From Okamejei kenojei (lineage: Eukaryota), in assembly GCA_035221665.1 (NCBI GenBank), contig CM069138.1:70246001-70310000 (forward strand): a stretch of DNA of 64,000 bases, written 5' to 3'. Below are positions 1 through 13,000 of the stretch, piece by piece (position 1 is the stretch's first letter; every line of letters starts with the position of its first letter). Under the pieces are notes generated by a model. The model had not been told where the DNA came from. It searched no databases and saw only the letters and a list, made by a program, of their open reading frames with translations. Both the position numbers and the translations under genes were made by a program.

Positions 1-170
1 CTAATGGTTGTAAGGAAGAAGCTGCTCCTGAACCTGGATGTTACAGATTGCAGGCTCCTATACTTGACAGTAGTGAAATGAGATTGTGGCCTGGGTGGTG
101 TGGGTCTCGGATAATACTGGCTGCCTTTTTGAGGCATGTGACGCTTGTTGATCTCTTCGATGGTAGTGGG
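1..170 (-). mobile_element. Rex1/L2-like LINE 3' coding fragment
   Basis: ORF 41..379 contains KKAASIIRDPHHPGHNLISLLS, resembling the C-terminal I.D..HP...LF.LL.SG motif seen in the Rex1-like copy at 20873-21430. Confidence 0.6.
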
Positions 171-174
171 GTAG

Positions 175-455
175 TCACAGTCTTTTCCCCAGGGTAAGGG
201 AGTTTAAAAGTAGATGGCGTAGATTTAAAGTGAGGGGAGAAAGATTTAAAAGAGACCTGAGGGCCAGCCAGGTGTGGAACGAGCTGCCAGAGGAAGATGT
301 AGATGTGGATAGGATGACAACATATAAACAGGTACATGGATAGGAAAGGTTTAGATGGATATGGTTCAAACACAGACAAAAAAGATTAACTCAGACATCT
401 TGATAGGCATGGATGACTTAGACAAAGTGTCTGTTTCTGTGCTGTATGACTATGA
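175..455 (+). mobile_element. CR1/HER1-like LINE 3' end
   Basis: Similar to the CR1 3' region at 18160-18480 (cttttccccagggt...tttaaagtgagggg...tctgtgctgtatgactatga tail). Confidence 0.65.
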
Positions 456-848
456 TTCTTTCACTAGTGGATTAACAAACAATTTTGAAACCACAATATT
501 TCATAAAGAAGATTTTACCGCACTTCCCAAAAATCTTCCACAACCTACAAAAAGATTCCAATGGAAATGATCTGATGAAATGTCATCAATCAGAAACAAT
601 ACGGCATTTCTCAGCTTGTTGAGTAGTCCATGCTATGCCTGATTTTAGTATTTCATATTTCCCACATCTGCACTAATTAGCTTCTGGAGAAAACAAAATG
701 TTGCTTGCACAAGAATAAGGACATATATTGCAACCTCAAACGCTGAGGAAAATGTGAAACGAGAAGAGAGGATATAAGCAGTCAGCATTGGAGAAGAGAT
801 ATGTGATGATGCTGGCTTTTTGCTAGAATGATCTCATAAGAACCCAAT

Positions 849-980
849 GTCTGAAGAAAGTCTCGATCCGAATTGTCAGCCATTCCATCTCTCCAGTGAT
901 GCTGCATGTCCCACTGAGTATCTCCTTCATGTTGTGCCTATCTTCAGTATAAACCAGCATCTGCAGATCCTTCCTACACA
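849..980 (+). mobile_element. Penelope-type 3' terminal repeat, degenerate
   Basis: gtctgaagaaagtctcgatccg...ctccagtgatgctgc...ccagcatctgcag; same family as 29558-29655 and 43731-43828. Confidence 0.6.
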
Positions 981-1731
981 TTTTATCTGCTCTTAAATCT
1001 CTTGATGGTCAAGCATGTTAATTGTGCCTTCCACTAATGGGCTCTATCTCAAAACTCACTGTTGCAAAACAATGTTTGTTCTAAAAACCTGATGAAGATA
1101 TTTCTCTAGTTTTTTATGAAATGTTACTGTTGACTTTACAGTACTGATTACCTAGAGGGAATAATCTCACCTTGTCAAAACCCTATTGAGCATTAAAACT
1201 TACCATTGCGACCAAAGTCAAATTTCTCACTGCAATTATTGTTCCCCTTTGCTTATATCAACTTGGTTCATCTGTACCATATACTACTGCCTGTTCATTT
1301 AAGGTATTCTACATCATAGTGACAAATATTCCACACAATACTAAAATGTAGGGATTTTTTTATTTGTGTTCTCTTCGTGCCTGTTAACAAAACCAATTAT
1401 TCTTTAAGCCTTTTTATAGCATAAAATAACTATACTTGCATTTTAAAGGAATTTTCCATTCCAGTCTCTTATCTCTCACAGCATATTCATTCAATGTACA
1501 TACATACACATTTTGATTTTTGTTCCACAGTATGTTAGGTTACACCATATGTGTTAACTTGATTCTGATACCTTTTGTCCAATTCTGCTAATATACCGAT
1601 TCCTTCGTGAAATCATCACTGTATGATCACTCGTGTTTACATCGAAAACAAGCCGTCAAGAGTGGCTGTGCTTCCCCAGAAGACCGCGTGGGGCAGGAAA
1701 GTTGAGAGTCGGTGATTCCGACATGTACAAT

Positions 1732-1789
1732 CTGATTTACGTAAGGGTTCATGGGACATAACCCTTACATAAGTCAGGGACTGCCTGTA
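1732..1789. mobile_element. Terminal fragment of a Tigger/pogo-like DNA transposon
   Basis: Ends aagtcagggactgcctg+TA (reverse complement TA-CAGGCAGTCCCTGACTTA, Tigger-like terminus), with a subterminal hairpin ctgatttacgtaagggtt/aacccttacataagtcag; no partner TIR found. Confidence 0.45.
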
Positions 1790-4700
1790 CTCAAACAAGA
1801 AGACTAGAAGAGAGGAAACACAAAATAAGTGATGAAGGATGGAAAGGAAAAGGTAGAGCGGACAATGAGATAGTATGAACAAGAAAAAGTTAACAGGCTA
1901 CAGAAACATTTGTCAATGGGGAAGAAAGTTGTGTCAAGTGGGCAAATCAAAAGTTAGCAAGCCAGATAGAAAAGATAACAAAACACTAATGCTAATTGTT
2001 GCCTGACATTGTTGTGCCAGTGTAGCTCGGTGCACAAATTGCATTCAAATTTTAAAAAAATTCAATAGAAAATAACACAGATGCGAATAAATGCTGATGT
2101 TAATTTGACTCACTTGCCATCCAAAGGTTCTGAACATCCCAAAAGGATCACAAGACTGGGATATAAAGAGGTAATTCTAATTAATTCTACCTCGTCCCAA
2201 TTCAAAGCTGCTTTGATTGCTCGCAATAGATTGATATTGTAGCGAACAAAATTCAGTACTGACTTGGATCAACTGTTGGACTGCTGTCATTTACACAGCT
2301 GAGCTTCACTTTGAGGAGCAATTATCAGTGGGGTTACCAGGGATTTCACCATCTGACTGCAGTTGATCACTTTTTGGCCTCATGAATATGCTGATCGGTT
2401 CAAGGGTTTTATCAGCCAATTTTAATGTCACCTTTTGAATAGTTTAAAGTGTCATAAATTGCTTACCCTGTTTCCACGTCCTATCCCCATTGCCCATTTC
2501 GGATTGTAAGATTTGTTTGTGTTGTCTTCTTTTACAGACACAACTTAATTCAGAAAACACAACCTTTTTCTTATTTCCATGAGAAGTTTGATGAAATTAT
2601 GGAGCGTGCAAATGAGTGAAGGCAATTCACCTCAGGCTGTGTAGATGTGTATGAACATTCAAATTATCAGCCACGTTATGTGTTTTGACGTCAGAAAGAG
2701 CTATTTATCAATTGTCTGACAGCTAGAAAGGTATTACAATGCTGTTTCTTCAGCTGTGGTACAAGGTTATTCATTGTATTATACAGTGGACTTTCAATTA
2801 TCACACTGACTCGGGAGATGTTGAGTTAGTTTGGCTAATGGAAGGTCTGGGTAATCGAAGAGATACATTTCATTTACTCTACGCTATTACTCCTGTAAAC
2901 TAGATTGTACCTCAGTTTAGTTACCAAGAATTTAGAGAACCAATATCTGGAAACTTTCCTACAATATATAAATGAGTGTTAGTCCTCTGGTGTTAACTTC
3001 ACTGGCCAGGAACATTCAGTAAGAATAAGATGGAGTTTTATTGTTGCCGGAGGAGTTTTTAAATGGGCAGTTTTGCTATTTACACTTCCTTTACAAATCA
3101 AATGATCAGAAATGAATTATAGCATGCATTCACTTTATTTTAATATTTTTCTTCATATGATATGTTAGTCAGTAATTTGTAATTCCGTAAGTAACTAATC
3201 AGAGACCATAATTAAATTGAACACTTCCAAACAGCTAAAATGATTCCAGTTCACCAAAACACTCTGGCTTAATGTCTGCTAATCTAGGCGTCAGTTTAGT
3301 TCTGTAACTATGCAAATTGTCACCCAACGCTGTTATTAGTGTTTGAAAATAAATGATGATTGAGACCATTTAAATTGTTGTTAATCATTTTCAACTGCTT
3401 GAGTGTTTAAAAGTTGAGGCATCTTAAGTAAAAAGCTGTTAAACAGGAAGACTTAGATTTATATCTCCTACATGTTGTTATTTTTTGGATCAGAGGCTTT
3501 TGCTTCAGTCCCTGGTACATGTACATTTCAGTTTTTGAAAGCTTGTAAAAAGGCTCCTACTGTGCAGCCTGACAAGGGTGCTTTTGTCTCTAAATGCTAA
3601 AAGCTTCAGAAGTATTGACATGTCTCAGATTGAAACAAGTTTGCATCATAGACTTCTCAGGAATTGTTGACTGTGAGTGTTACAGGAATTATATAAAAAG
3701 ACCAAATGAAATTTGCAGCATAATATTACAGGAGAATTAGCTGTTATTCAAAAAGATATCCAGCTCCAAAGCACTGGATATCTGCAAACAATGGATATCA
3801 TTTCAAGGTCTACTTTTACTAAAATGTTCACCATTTTCACTTCCTACATCCTGACGTAAAACCATTGCTATGGAAAACATTATTACTGTATATTACCTGG
3901 AACTAATCTGGTTTATCGACTTGCCTGGTCTACAATTTAGATTGATGTAACAATTTATAACGTGGAACCATTAGGAAAATCTTTTATCAGTGCAAATGGG
4001 GATTTTTTTTAAAAAGCGGTTCCATGCAGAGGTAACTGTCAGAATTGCATACATTTTAACAACATAGACTTTGTAGTGCAGGACCTAACAAATTTGGCCA
4101 AGGTTTGAAAGATTTATCAACAAACTCACCTGACTTTGCAATGTTTTTCAAAAATTACATTCCACCTATCCTTATCATGAGAAGAGGAATGACACTGGAC
4201 AGACTTAGTTTTGAAATACATTGTCATGGATAATACTGCATTCATAGTTTTTTTTTTGAAAGATAAATGAATGAAGAGAATAGAAGGAGGGATTAGCAAA
4301 AAAGACAGAGGAAATTGATGGAAAACTTACATTTATGGGCCATTGGTACCTGCAATATATTTTAGTACTTCCTATGGTGATGCCATAATTTCTGCATTTT
4401 CATTTGGTGACTACAATAGATCTTTTACTTTTTCTAAAGCCACCTTTTAAATTTGCTGCCAACCAATTCAAATGTTCTGATATCAGCCTCTTACCTTTAA
4501 CCTCACTGTTGAGACAGGTTTTGAGATCATGAATCTGACTAACATATTGAGGGGGACTCATCTACCTGGTTGAAGGTTACAGAGGGAGAATAAATGTGTT
4601 ATGAATTCCATTGAGATTTATTGAGTTCAGAAAGCAAGTTCTCAAGTAGGTCTACACCATCCATTTTGGTTTCTTTATGATGAATGCACAAATCTAAACT

Positions 4701-5120
4701 GTACGCTTTCTCTCGTTAACCAAATGTGAATGATTTGTTGTATAACATAAATGAAGTATAGATTAAAATGAAGAAGTGTACATCGGATCCTTCACTAGAA
4801 AAGAGAGATTAATTCTTTGAATGGGGAGGCATCATTCGAACTAACCCCACTCATCAAGAATTTTAACCCATTTTTTGTAATATAATCATTGTCCTGGTGT
4901 CATACAGCACCGAGAGGCCTTTAATTCACCTCATCCATGCTATCCAAGATGCACCATCTAAAATAATTATATTTGCCTGCATTTGGCCCATATCCTGCTA
5001 AACTTGCCCATCCATGTACTGTTTTAAAAATGTTGTTCTAGTACCTGCCTCAACTACCTGATCTGGCAGCTCGTTCCATATTGCCACCACTCTGTTTGTA
5101 TAAATGTTGCCCCTCCGGTT

Positions 5121-5374
5121 CTTTTTTAAAAAATTTAGTATTTTTATTAGAAGTCATATACAATAGGAATATACAATTTAGAATAATATAATACATTTCA
5201 TATACAACATATACAACTTCTTGCTTTTGAATTTAATAATATAAAAGTAATATAAGCTATAAATTCAAAAGCAAGAAGTTGTATATGTTGTATATGAAAT
5301 GTATTATATTATTCTAAATTGTATATTCCTATTGTATATGACTTCTAATAAAAATATTAAATTTTTAAAAAAAG
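5121..5374. repeat. Inverted repeat, arms of about 115 bp (5121-5235, 5260-5374), 24-nt spacer
   Basis: Arms are near-perfect reverse complements by direct reading. Confidence 0.95.
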
Positions 5375-6429
5375 AGAGAAAGAGAAAGTTAGGTAAGGTG
5401 GTGAAAGTGATAGTTCGTGAAAAGTACAAGAAAAGAGAGAAAGGAGGAGAGATACAAAAAATAAAAATAAAAAAAATAAAATTAACAAGAATGTAAAGTA
5501 AAAAAGATAATAAAAGGAAAATAAAATGGAAGGGATAGACCTACTTCATATTTTTGCGCACCCCTCACCCGGTTCTGAAACAGTTTATTTTCAGGATTAT
5601 GTTGCACCATATGCTTGTAATAAATCGATAAAGGGAGACAAAATCTTTAAGAATTGGTCTGATTTGCCTGCTAGGACGAATCTCATATCTTCTAGGTGTA
5701 ACAATTCAGACATGTTTGAAATCCATATTTTAAGCATTGGTGTTGGTGCATTTTTCCAGAATTTTAATATAGGTTTTTGCCGTCACTAAGCCATAATTAA
5801 GGAAACTCTCTTGGAACAAAGTCAGCTCAGAGCCGGTCTCCATTGTTCCAAAGATAATCAATTCTGCGATGGGGTTCATTTCTGTTTTAAATACTTTTGT
5901 AAAAATTTCAAAAATTTCATTCCAAAACTTCTGAAGTTTTATGCAAAAGGCAAAAGAGTGTGCTATAGTTACATCTTGAGATAAGCATTTATCGCAGATG
6001 GGCGAGACATTTGGAAATATTTTATTCAATTTAGTTTTCGAGTAATATAATCTATGTAAATGTTTTAATTGAATTAAGGTATGTCTTACATTTATCGAGC
6101 ATTTATGTACATATAGCAAATATTTATCCCATCTGTCTTTCAAGATATTTATAGATCATTCTTGTTCCCAGTCTCTTCTGATTGTATCAGACGGTGGTAT
6201 CTCTATGTTTAAAATGATATTATACAAATATGATATTAAATTTGTAGAATCCGCATTTCTGTTCATAGCTTCATCTAGTATATCTGAAGGCGAAGTTTTA
6301 TGTTCTTTTATATGTTTTTTCCAGTAGTAACGGATTTGAAGGTATTTAAAGTACATTACTTTTCAGGTTATATTTAAGTTGTAGTTGTTGGAATGATAAA
6401 CAAATTCCCATTTCACACATTTCTCCAAA
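5125..6429 (-). mobile_element. 5'-truncated L1 (ORF2 C-terminus plus 3' UTR), different subfamily from the full-length copy
   Basis: ORFs 5730..6143 and 6156..6356 (YFKYLQIR; CSINVRHTLIQ..LHRLYYSK..SPICDKC) are homologous to 13197..13883; AATAAA and A-tail on the minus strand; candidate TSD GGTTCTTT at 5117-5124 and 6430-6437. Confidence 0.9.
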
Positions 6430-7557
6430 GGTTCTTTGGCAATCTTTCCCCTCTTACCTTACAGCTTTGCCATCCAGCCCCTGCAGAAAAGCAGAAAAGA
6501 CACTGGGCATTCACCCTATTGATTCCCCTCATGACTCCTTGTGCCCCAAGCAATAAAGTCCAGACCCGTGAGTCCTGGCAACATCTTCGTCAATCCCTCC
6601 CGCACCCTTTTCATCTTAATGGAATTTCATTGGATTTCTCTGAATTTTCAACATTTTCTATTTTATTTCAAATTACCAGCTTTTTGCAGCAACTGGAAAA
6701 TAAAACGATGGGAACATTTGGTTTGATAAAAATAAAGAATGTGCTGTTTTGCTCTGCGATGCTTATAACAGTGCATATTTTGAAAGCTTCAATATATAAT
6801 AATCATTGGAAAAGAGTGAAATCAATACTAAAATCTTTAACTTTTGTCTTTCCCTAACTTTCCTCATTAATTGATCAACTAGGCCACTTTGTAAATAGAG
6901 CATTGGAATGGTAAACCTATCAATAATATTCTACCTGTCCTATCTATCTCTTCACCAGCTTCGTATTGTAAAATTAATTAATTTTCTTACTTTACCAGTT
7001 CTAATAAAGAATCTACACTTTGAAATATTAACTCTTTTTCTATTTGTTGCCTGAACCACTGAATGCATCAGCATTTGTTGCTTTTATTTCAGATGTTAGG
7101 TCTATGCAATGTTGTGAATTCCCATCAAGGACCCCTTGCCCAATTTCTGACCTAACTCTCTGGTCATTCACTCAAGTCCAGGAATGGAAGGACAGTTGGC
7201 TCTCTGATCACTAGATTCTCCTTCAGGCGCATCTAAAGCAATCTATATCTGCCATACGTAATTTGATTTTTTTTGTTTTCATTTTGATCAATGATGTCTA
7301 AAGTCTTGGTAGCTAATGGTGTGGGAGATGAAGAGAGGCTGCTTTGAGACCTTTCTTCCCAAACTGTTTGTAATTAACACATTTAACAATGATACCAATA
7401 AAGTGAGCATTATAATATATGGATAAGACAAAAAAAGAGCATCTACTGCCTTGGAAGTTAAGGAAAAGTAGATGGGAGTCATCTGTGGGGAACTGGGAAT
7501 GATGGATCATTGCATAGAGTTAATATCACTGAAGAAGATCTTTCCTTAAATCTCAAA

Positions 7558-7670
7558 CAGTGTGAGAAAGGCAATTATTTTCCAGAGAGCTGTGGAATAT
7601 CTGAAAGTTCTTCAAATATTGCTTTGGATATTCCACAGCTCTCTGGAAAATAATTGCCTTTCTCACACTG
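7558..7670. repeat. Perfect 44-bp inverted repeat (7558-7601, 7627-7670), 25-nt spacer
   Basis: cagtgtgagaaaggcaattattttccagagagctgtggaatatc and its exact reverse complement. Confidence 0.95.
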
Positions 7671-8108
7671 GCATTCAGAGGAATAGTTGTGAAGAAATGT
7701 CTGGGGCAGGTTTTGTGCAGGTAAAGTGAGAACCTTTCTATGTTGAGTGAACTGTAACTTTCTTACTTGCAGAAGCAGTTAGCAATTAAAAGATGAAAAC
7801 ACAGAGGGTCAAAGAGAGGAAACATTGCCAGAACATTTGCATGTTTACACTGCCATATAGATAAACATTAAAACTTTGGAAGATCTGGGTAATTAAAGCG
7901 ATGTGGTTCATTTATCATACAATATATCCTCGTAGGTTTCCGGTGGCGCTATGGAGCAGTAAGCCACAGCACCAGCCAGCTCCGCAAAAATTCTGCAAAA
8001 AAACGGGGATTTAAACAGATTTAAAACCACTTACCGATCGACTGCTTTCACTATCTGCCGCCTCAACACCGACGGTACCGGCTGACGTCATCAGCCCTGC
8101 GACGAATC

Positions 8109-9179
8109 ATGACGGCACGGAGCCCTACCGAGAAAACGAAGGGTAAAAAAACCCGGGCGAGAGCGGAGAAGGCCTGGGAGAAGCCTCGGACTCGAGTAGG
8201 GCCAGCTCCGTGGAAGACGTTTCCAGGAAAGCAGACACAGAGGTGAGGACTTGAGAATTTTTATTTCTCATCAGATGGCTGATTTAAAACGTGAAATGAA
8301 AGATATAAAGAAAGAAATGAAAGTAATACAGGAAGATATAAAGGAAGAAATATCTCAATTAATAATCAGATGACTTGATGAAAAATCAATGGCGTGAATT
8401 TCAAAAAGATATAAAGACGCAAATTGATAATAAGTTCAAGAAAGACTCAGAAATATTGAAGAATGAAATCATTGATATGATTAATAACTTGGAACGCAAG
8501 ATGGAGGTAAACTTGAAAATGTTAAAAAAGACTTTAAGCATAAGATTGACCCTATTGCAAAAGTGGTCGAACAACAAGTTGACGGCATTAAAAACCTTGA
8601 AAAGATAGCGGAGGCTAGTACTGTGTCTACAGCAAAGCTGATAACAGAACAAGAACGTCTACTGGAGTTGTTATCCAAAGTAACAGATAAATGCACGCAG
8701 CTGGAAGGCTATCAAAGAAGGCAGAACTTGAGGATTGCAGGGATTCCTGAAGGTTTAGAGAAACACGAAGACACTCGAGAATTCACTGCTAAATTACTGC
8801 AAGCTGTTTTATCTTTGGATGATATGCCTGTTTTAGCTCGTGCACACCGAGTCGGCAGAAGACAGACCAGTACAAACGCCCCCCCAAGACAAATCATTGT
8901 CAAGTTACAATATGATTTCACCCTCGAGGACATTATGCAAAGAGCCTCGAGAACAAAGAATCTGATGTTTCAAGGACAAAGAATCAGTATCTATCGAGAC
9001 TATCCCCAGAGGTTGCCAGAAAACGAAAAGCGTTTAACGAAGCCAAAAACCTTATGAGGGGTGTAGAAAACTTGAGATACGGTCTGAATTACCCCGCCAT
9101 CTTAAGAGTTACTTATAACAACGTGGAACACTTTTTCAAGACTCCAACAGAAGCAATGGAATTTGCAAAGCAGTTTTGA
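8109..9179 (+). pseudogene. L1 ORF1 (coiled coil plus RRM/CTD), frameshifted in this sequence
   Basis: Heptad-like segment (MADLKREMKDIKKEMK), RRQNLRIAGIPEG, RAHR, ISIYRDYP(P)EVARKRKAF...YPAILRVTY; start codon uncertain. Confidence 0.85.
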
Positions 9180-10070
9180 CACTTGAAAACCATCTACAAG
9201 CAAATATACTGCCTTTTTTCTTTTTTAAAGACCTAGCACGGTCTCTTGACATTTTATGAAACTCTATACGACAACATGGAATTAGAAGAAATCAGAAGGA
9301 ATGGACAATGTCGTATGGAACGAAATGTTTTCCCGGATTGGAAGAACCTCACCGAACATGGACAATTATTCATAATATACAACTAACATAAACAAATAAC
9401 ACACCTACTAAAATTATAACGCGGTTTTATTATTACTATGACTGTTATTAACCAAGACTCTGCACCATCGTTAACTAATACTACTAATAATTAATATCTT
9501 ATGTCCTGTTACATATGGGGATATCCCTTCCTCAATATATTTCTCCCTTTTTTTAATAATGACCTCTATTTTTTGTATTTTTAAAAAAAAAAAAAAAAAA
9601 ATTTCTTTAACTGTGGCTTTATAATTGGATTTTTTTTTAAAACTAACCTTAGATATATATACTTTTATGATGTTTAATATCACTCTTCTCATTTTTTTAA
9701 TACTATATTCCCGTTAAAATATTATTATGGAATAATAATTCCTTAAAATTAGAGCTGGCTAAATTAATAACATCAATGCCGGAAGCCTTTAGATTAATGG
9801 CCAACACAACTTGGCTTTCACAAACTACAAATATTTTATTTGTAGTTCTTCTATTCTTTATACACCTTTCTAAGCTTTTTATTCACTTTTCATTATGTTT
9901 TTATGTTTACTATATCTTTCAGTTTGAATGGAGCTATATACTGGAACAATGGAGATACACTCGTGAAGCACATAAGAGAGATCTAAAATTCATCTACTCG
10001 GTGTTCGGGTGTAAGGTTAAGTCTACTGCGCGGACCCTTGGACCCTATTCTAGATTCCCACAAATCTAAA

Positions 10071-13000
10071 ATGCAGGATTTAAAAAGAAATATGGGAACG
10101 AGGGATTAACCTTTTGCAGTTGGAATGTTAAAGGTATTAATGAACCAATAAAAAGAGGAAAAATATTGACACACTTAAAGGCAATGAAAGCTGATGTAAT
10201 TTACATCCAAGAAACTCACCTAAAGAAAGACGCTGAAAATAGGCTGAAAGCTAAATGGATAGATAAAATATACCACTCTTCCTTTACACACAAATCAAGA
10301 GCGTAGCAATATTATTTCGTAAAGGTACTTTATTTAAGCATATATCTACTATATCTGATAAAGATGGCAGATACATTATTGTAATAGGAGAAATAAATAG
10401 GGAAAAAATGATTTTTGTTAACATCTATGGTCCAAATTTTGATAGTCCTTTATTCTTTAAGAAAGTACTTAATAATATTCCAGAATTAACACACTACAAT
10501 TTGATAATTGGAGGAGATTTTAATTGTACATTAGACCCTTATTTAGATAGATCTTCAAAACAAAGGAAAACTAAATCGCACTCTAGTGATTTATTAAACG
10601 CATACATTCAAACGTCTAACATTAAAGATGTTTGGAGAACAGAAAATCCTACTGGTCGAGAATATTCCTTCTACTCGCCAGTACATAAAACCTATTCAAG
10701 AATAGATTACTTCCTAGTAGATGCAAAGCTTATCTCACTTACTTACGAATCCAAATATCATAATATTATAATTTCAGATCACGCACCATTAACATTTAAA
10801 ATTAAAATAAATGGTAAAACAGGAAATCTAGGACAATGGAAACTTAATCCACAAATTTTAAAAAATAAAACAACTCAGGAATACATCATAACCCAGATTA
10901 AGATGTTTTTTGAAATAAATGATCAACCAGAAATATCTCGCTCTTTATTATGGGAAACATTTAAAGCATATCTTCGAGGAATTATGATCTCTTCACAAGC
11001 ATTCCATAATAAGAAGATTCGGAAGGAACAACATGACTTAGAAAGGGAGATCAAACAATTAGATATACAGAATGCAACAAAATCAGATATAATAATACAT
11101 AATAAAATTGTAACATTGAAGTATAAATTAAATAAAATATATACTGATCAAGTTTTAAAATACTACCAACATACTAAACAATTGTTGTTTGAATTTGGAG
11201 ACAAACCACAAAAACTATTGGCTCGACAATTAAGGAAAATTGAAGCGGAAAAAATTATACATAGGATTAAATCACAAAACGGTGAATTATTAATACAACC
11301 CAAGGATATTAATGAAAGATTTATGCAATATTATAAAAATTTGTATACTGGTAACACAACAGTAAATAAAACAGAAATAGATGCCTTTTTTAAATGTATG
11401 TAACTTAAAAGAATTAGATTTACAAAATAGAGAATTTTTAAATGCCGATATTTCAATAAAAGAAATCCAAGAATCTATTAAATCTTTAAAAAATGGTAAA
11501 ACTCCAGGACCAGATGGTATAGGCTCGGAATTTTATAAAATTTTTCATGCCCAAATGGTCCCATATTTAAAATCATTATATGAACAGATATATATACAAG
11601 AGAAATTACCAGACACATTGAACGAATCTATTATAACACTTATACCCAAAATAAATAAAGATTTGGATGATCCAGGATCGTATAGAGCAATTGCTTTATT
11701 AAATACCGATCAAAAAATTTTAACAAAAATTCTTGCACAAAGACTAAGCAAAATTGTTAATGAATTAATTCATCCCGATCAAACAGGATTTATACCTAAA
11801 AGATATTCTTCATATAATTTAAGACGGTTATTTAATATTATATACTCGAAAAGAAGTGATAAAAAAGACTTAGTAGTCATCTCGTTGGATGCAGAAAAAG
11901 CTTTTGACCAGGTGGAATGGCCTTATCTATTTTCGGTGATGGAAGCCTTTAAGCTTGGTGATAAGTTTACTACTTGGATTAAATTATTATACGCAAATCC
12001 AACAGCTAGAATAATAACAAATTATATGTTATCAACTAAGTTTAGTTTATCTCGAGGTTGTAGACAAGGCTGTCCTTTATCACCATTACTGTTTGCGTTA
12101 GCAATCGAACCCCTTGCTCAAAGGGTAAGACTACATCCAGAAATATATGGATACGATACTAAAGATACTAAGAATAAAATCTCGTTATATGCGGACGATA
12201 TACTACTTTATATTACAAAACCGGAAATAAGTATCTGTAATTTGTTAAAACTAATAACGGAATTTGGTTTAATTTCAGGATATAGCATCAATTGGAATAA
12301 AAGTGAACTTATGCCAATAACCATGAATAATTTACAGATATTACAACAATTTCCTTTCAAGATAACAAATGAAAATATTAAATATCTTGGTATTTTTGTT
12401 ACAAAAGATTTGACTCTTATTTAAATCTAATTTCCCGTTATTATTGAATAAATTAAATAAAAATATCTTATATTGGAAAAGCTTACCTATCTCAATGTTA
12501 GGTAAAATAAACGCAATAAAAATGATTTTCCTCCCACAATTATTATATTTATTTCAATCAATCCCGATATATCTTTCTAAAAATTTCTTTAAAAAAGTAG
12601 ACTCAATAGTCACTAACTTTATTTGGGACTACAAAAATCATAGAATAAATAAAAAACATTTATGTAAAGCTAAAATAAACGGGGGTTTAGCTTTACCAAA
12701 TTTATGTTCTATTATTGGGCAGTTAATATTAGAAATATGAATTTTTGGTTAGGAGAAATAGATAATAAACCAAATTGGTTAAAAATGGAAAGAGAAGACT
12801 GTTTTCCATTTGAAATTAGCTCTATAATATTTGCTAATATTAATGTACCTAAGAAAACTTATAGCGAAAATCTAATAATAGAAAGTGGAATACGTATTTG
12901 GAAACAAATAAAGAAAACACTAAAACTAAAATTTATACCGCTAGCTCTTACAATTGCCAATAATTTTACGTTTAAACCGTCAATGATGGATAAAGCTTTT

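Larger units (their letters stand above)
4900..6620 (-). mobile_element. Old CR1 3' fragment split by an L1 insertion (CR1 parts about 4900-5124 and 6430-6620)
   Basis: aaatgttgcccctccggtt at 5102-5120 continues as ggttctttggcaatctttcccctc at 6430; compare the intact equivalent near 27715-27750. Confidence 0.6.

Noticed and set aside
1732-1777. Pre-miRNA-like hairpin
   Set aside because: Short, and better explained as the subterminal palindrome of a Tigger-like end
6393-6857. 154-aa plus-strand ORF
   Set aside because: Spans antisense L1 and CR1 remnants into unique DNA; no coding signature
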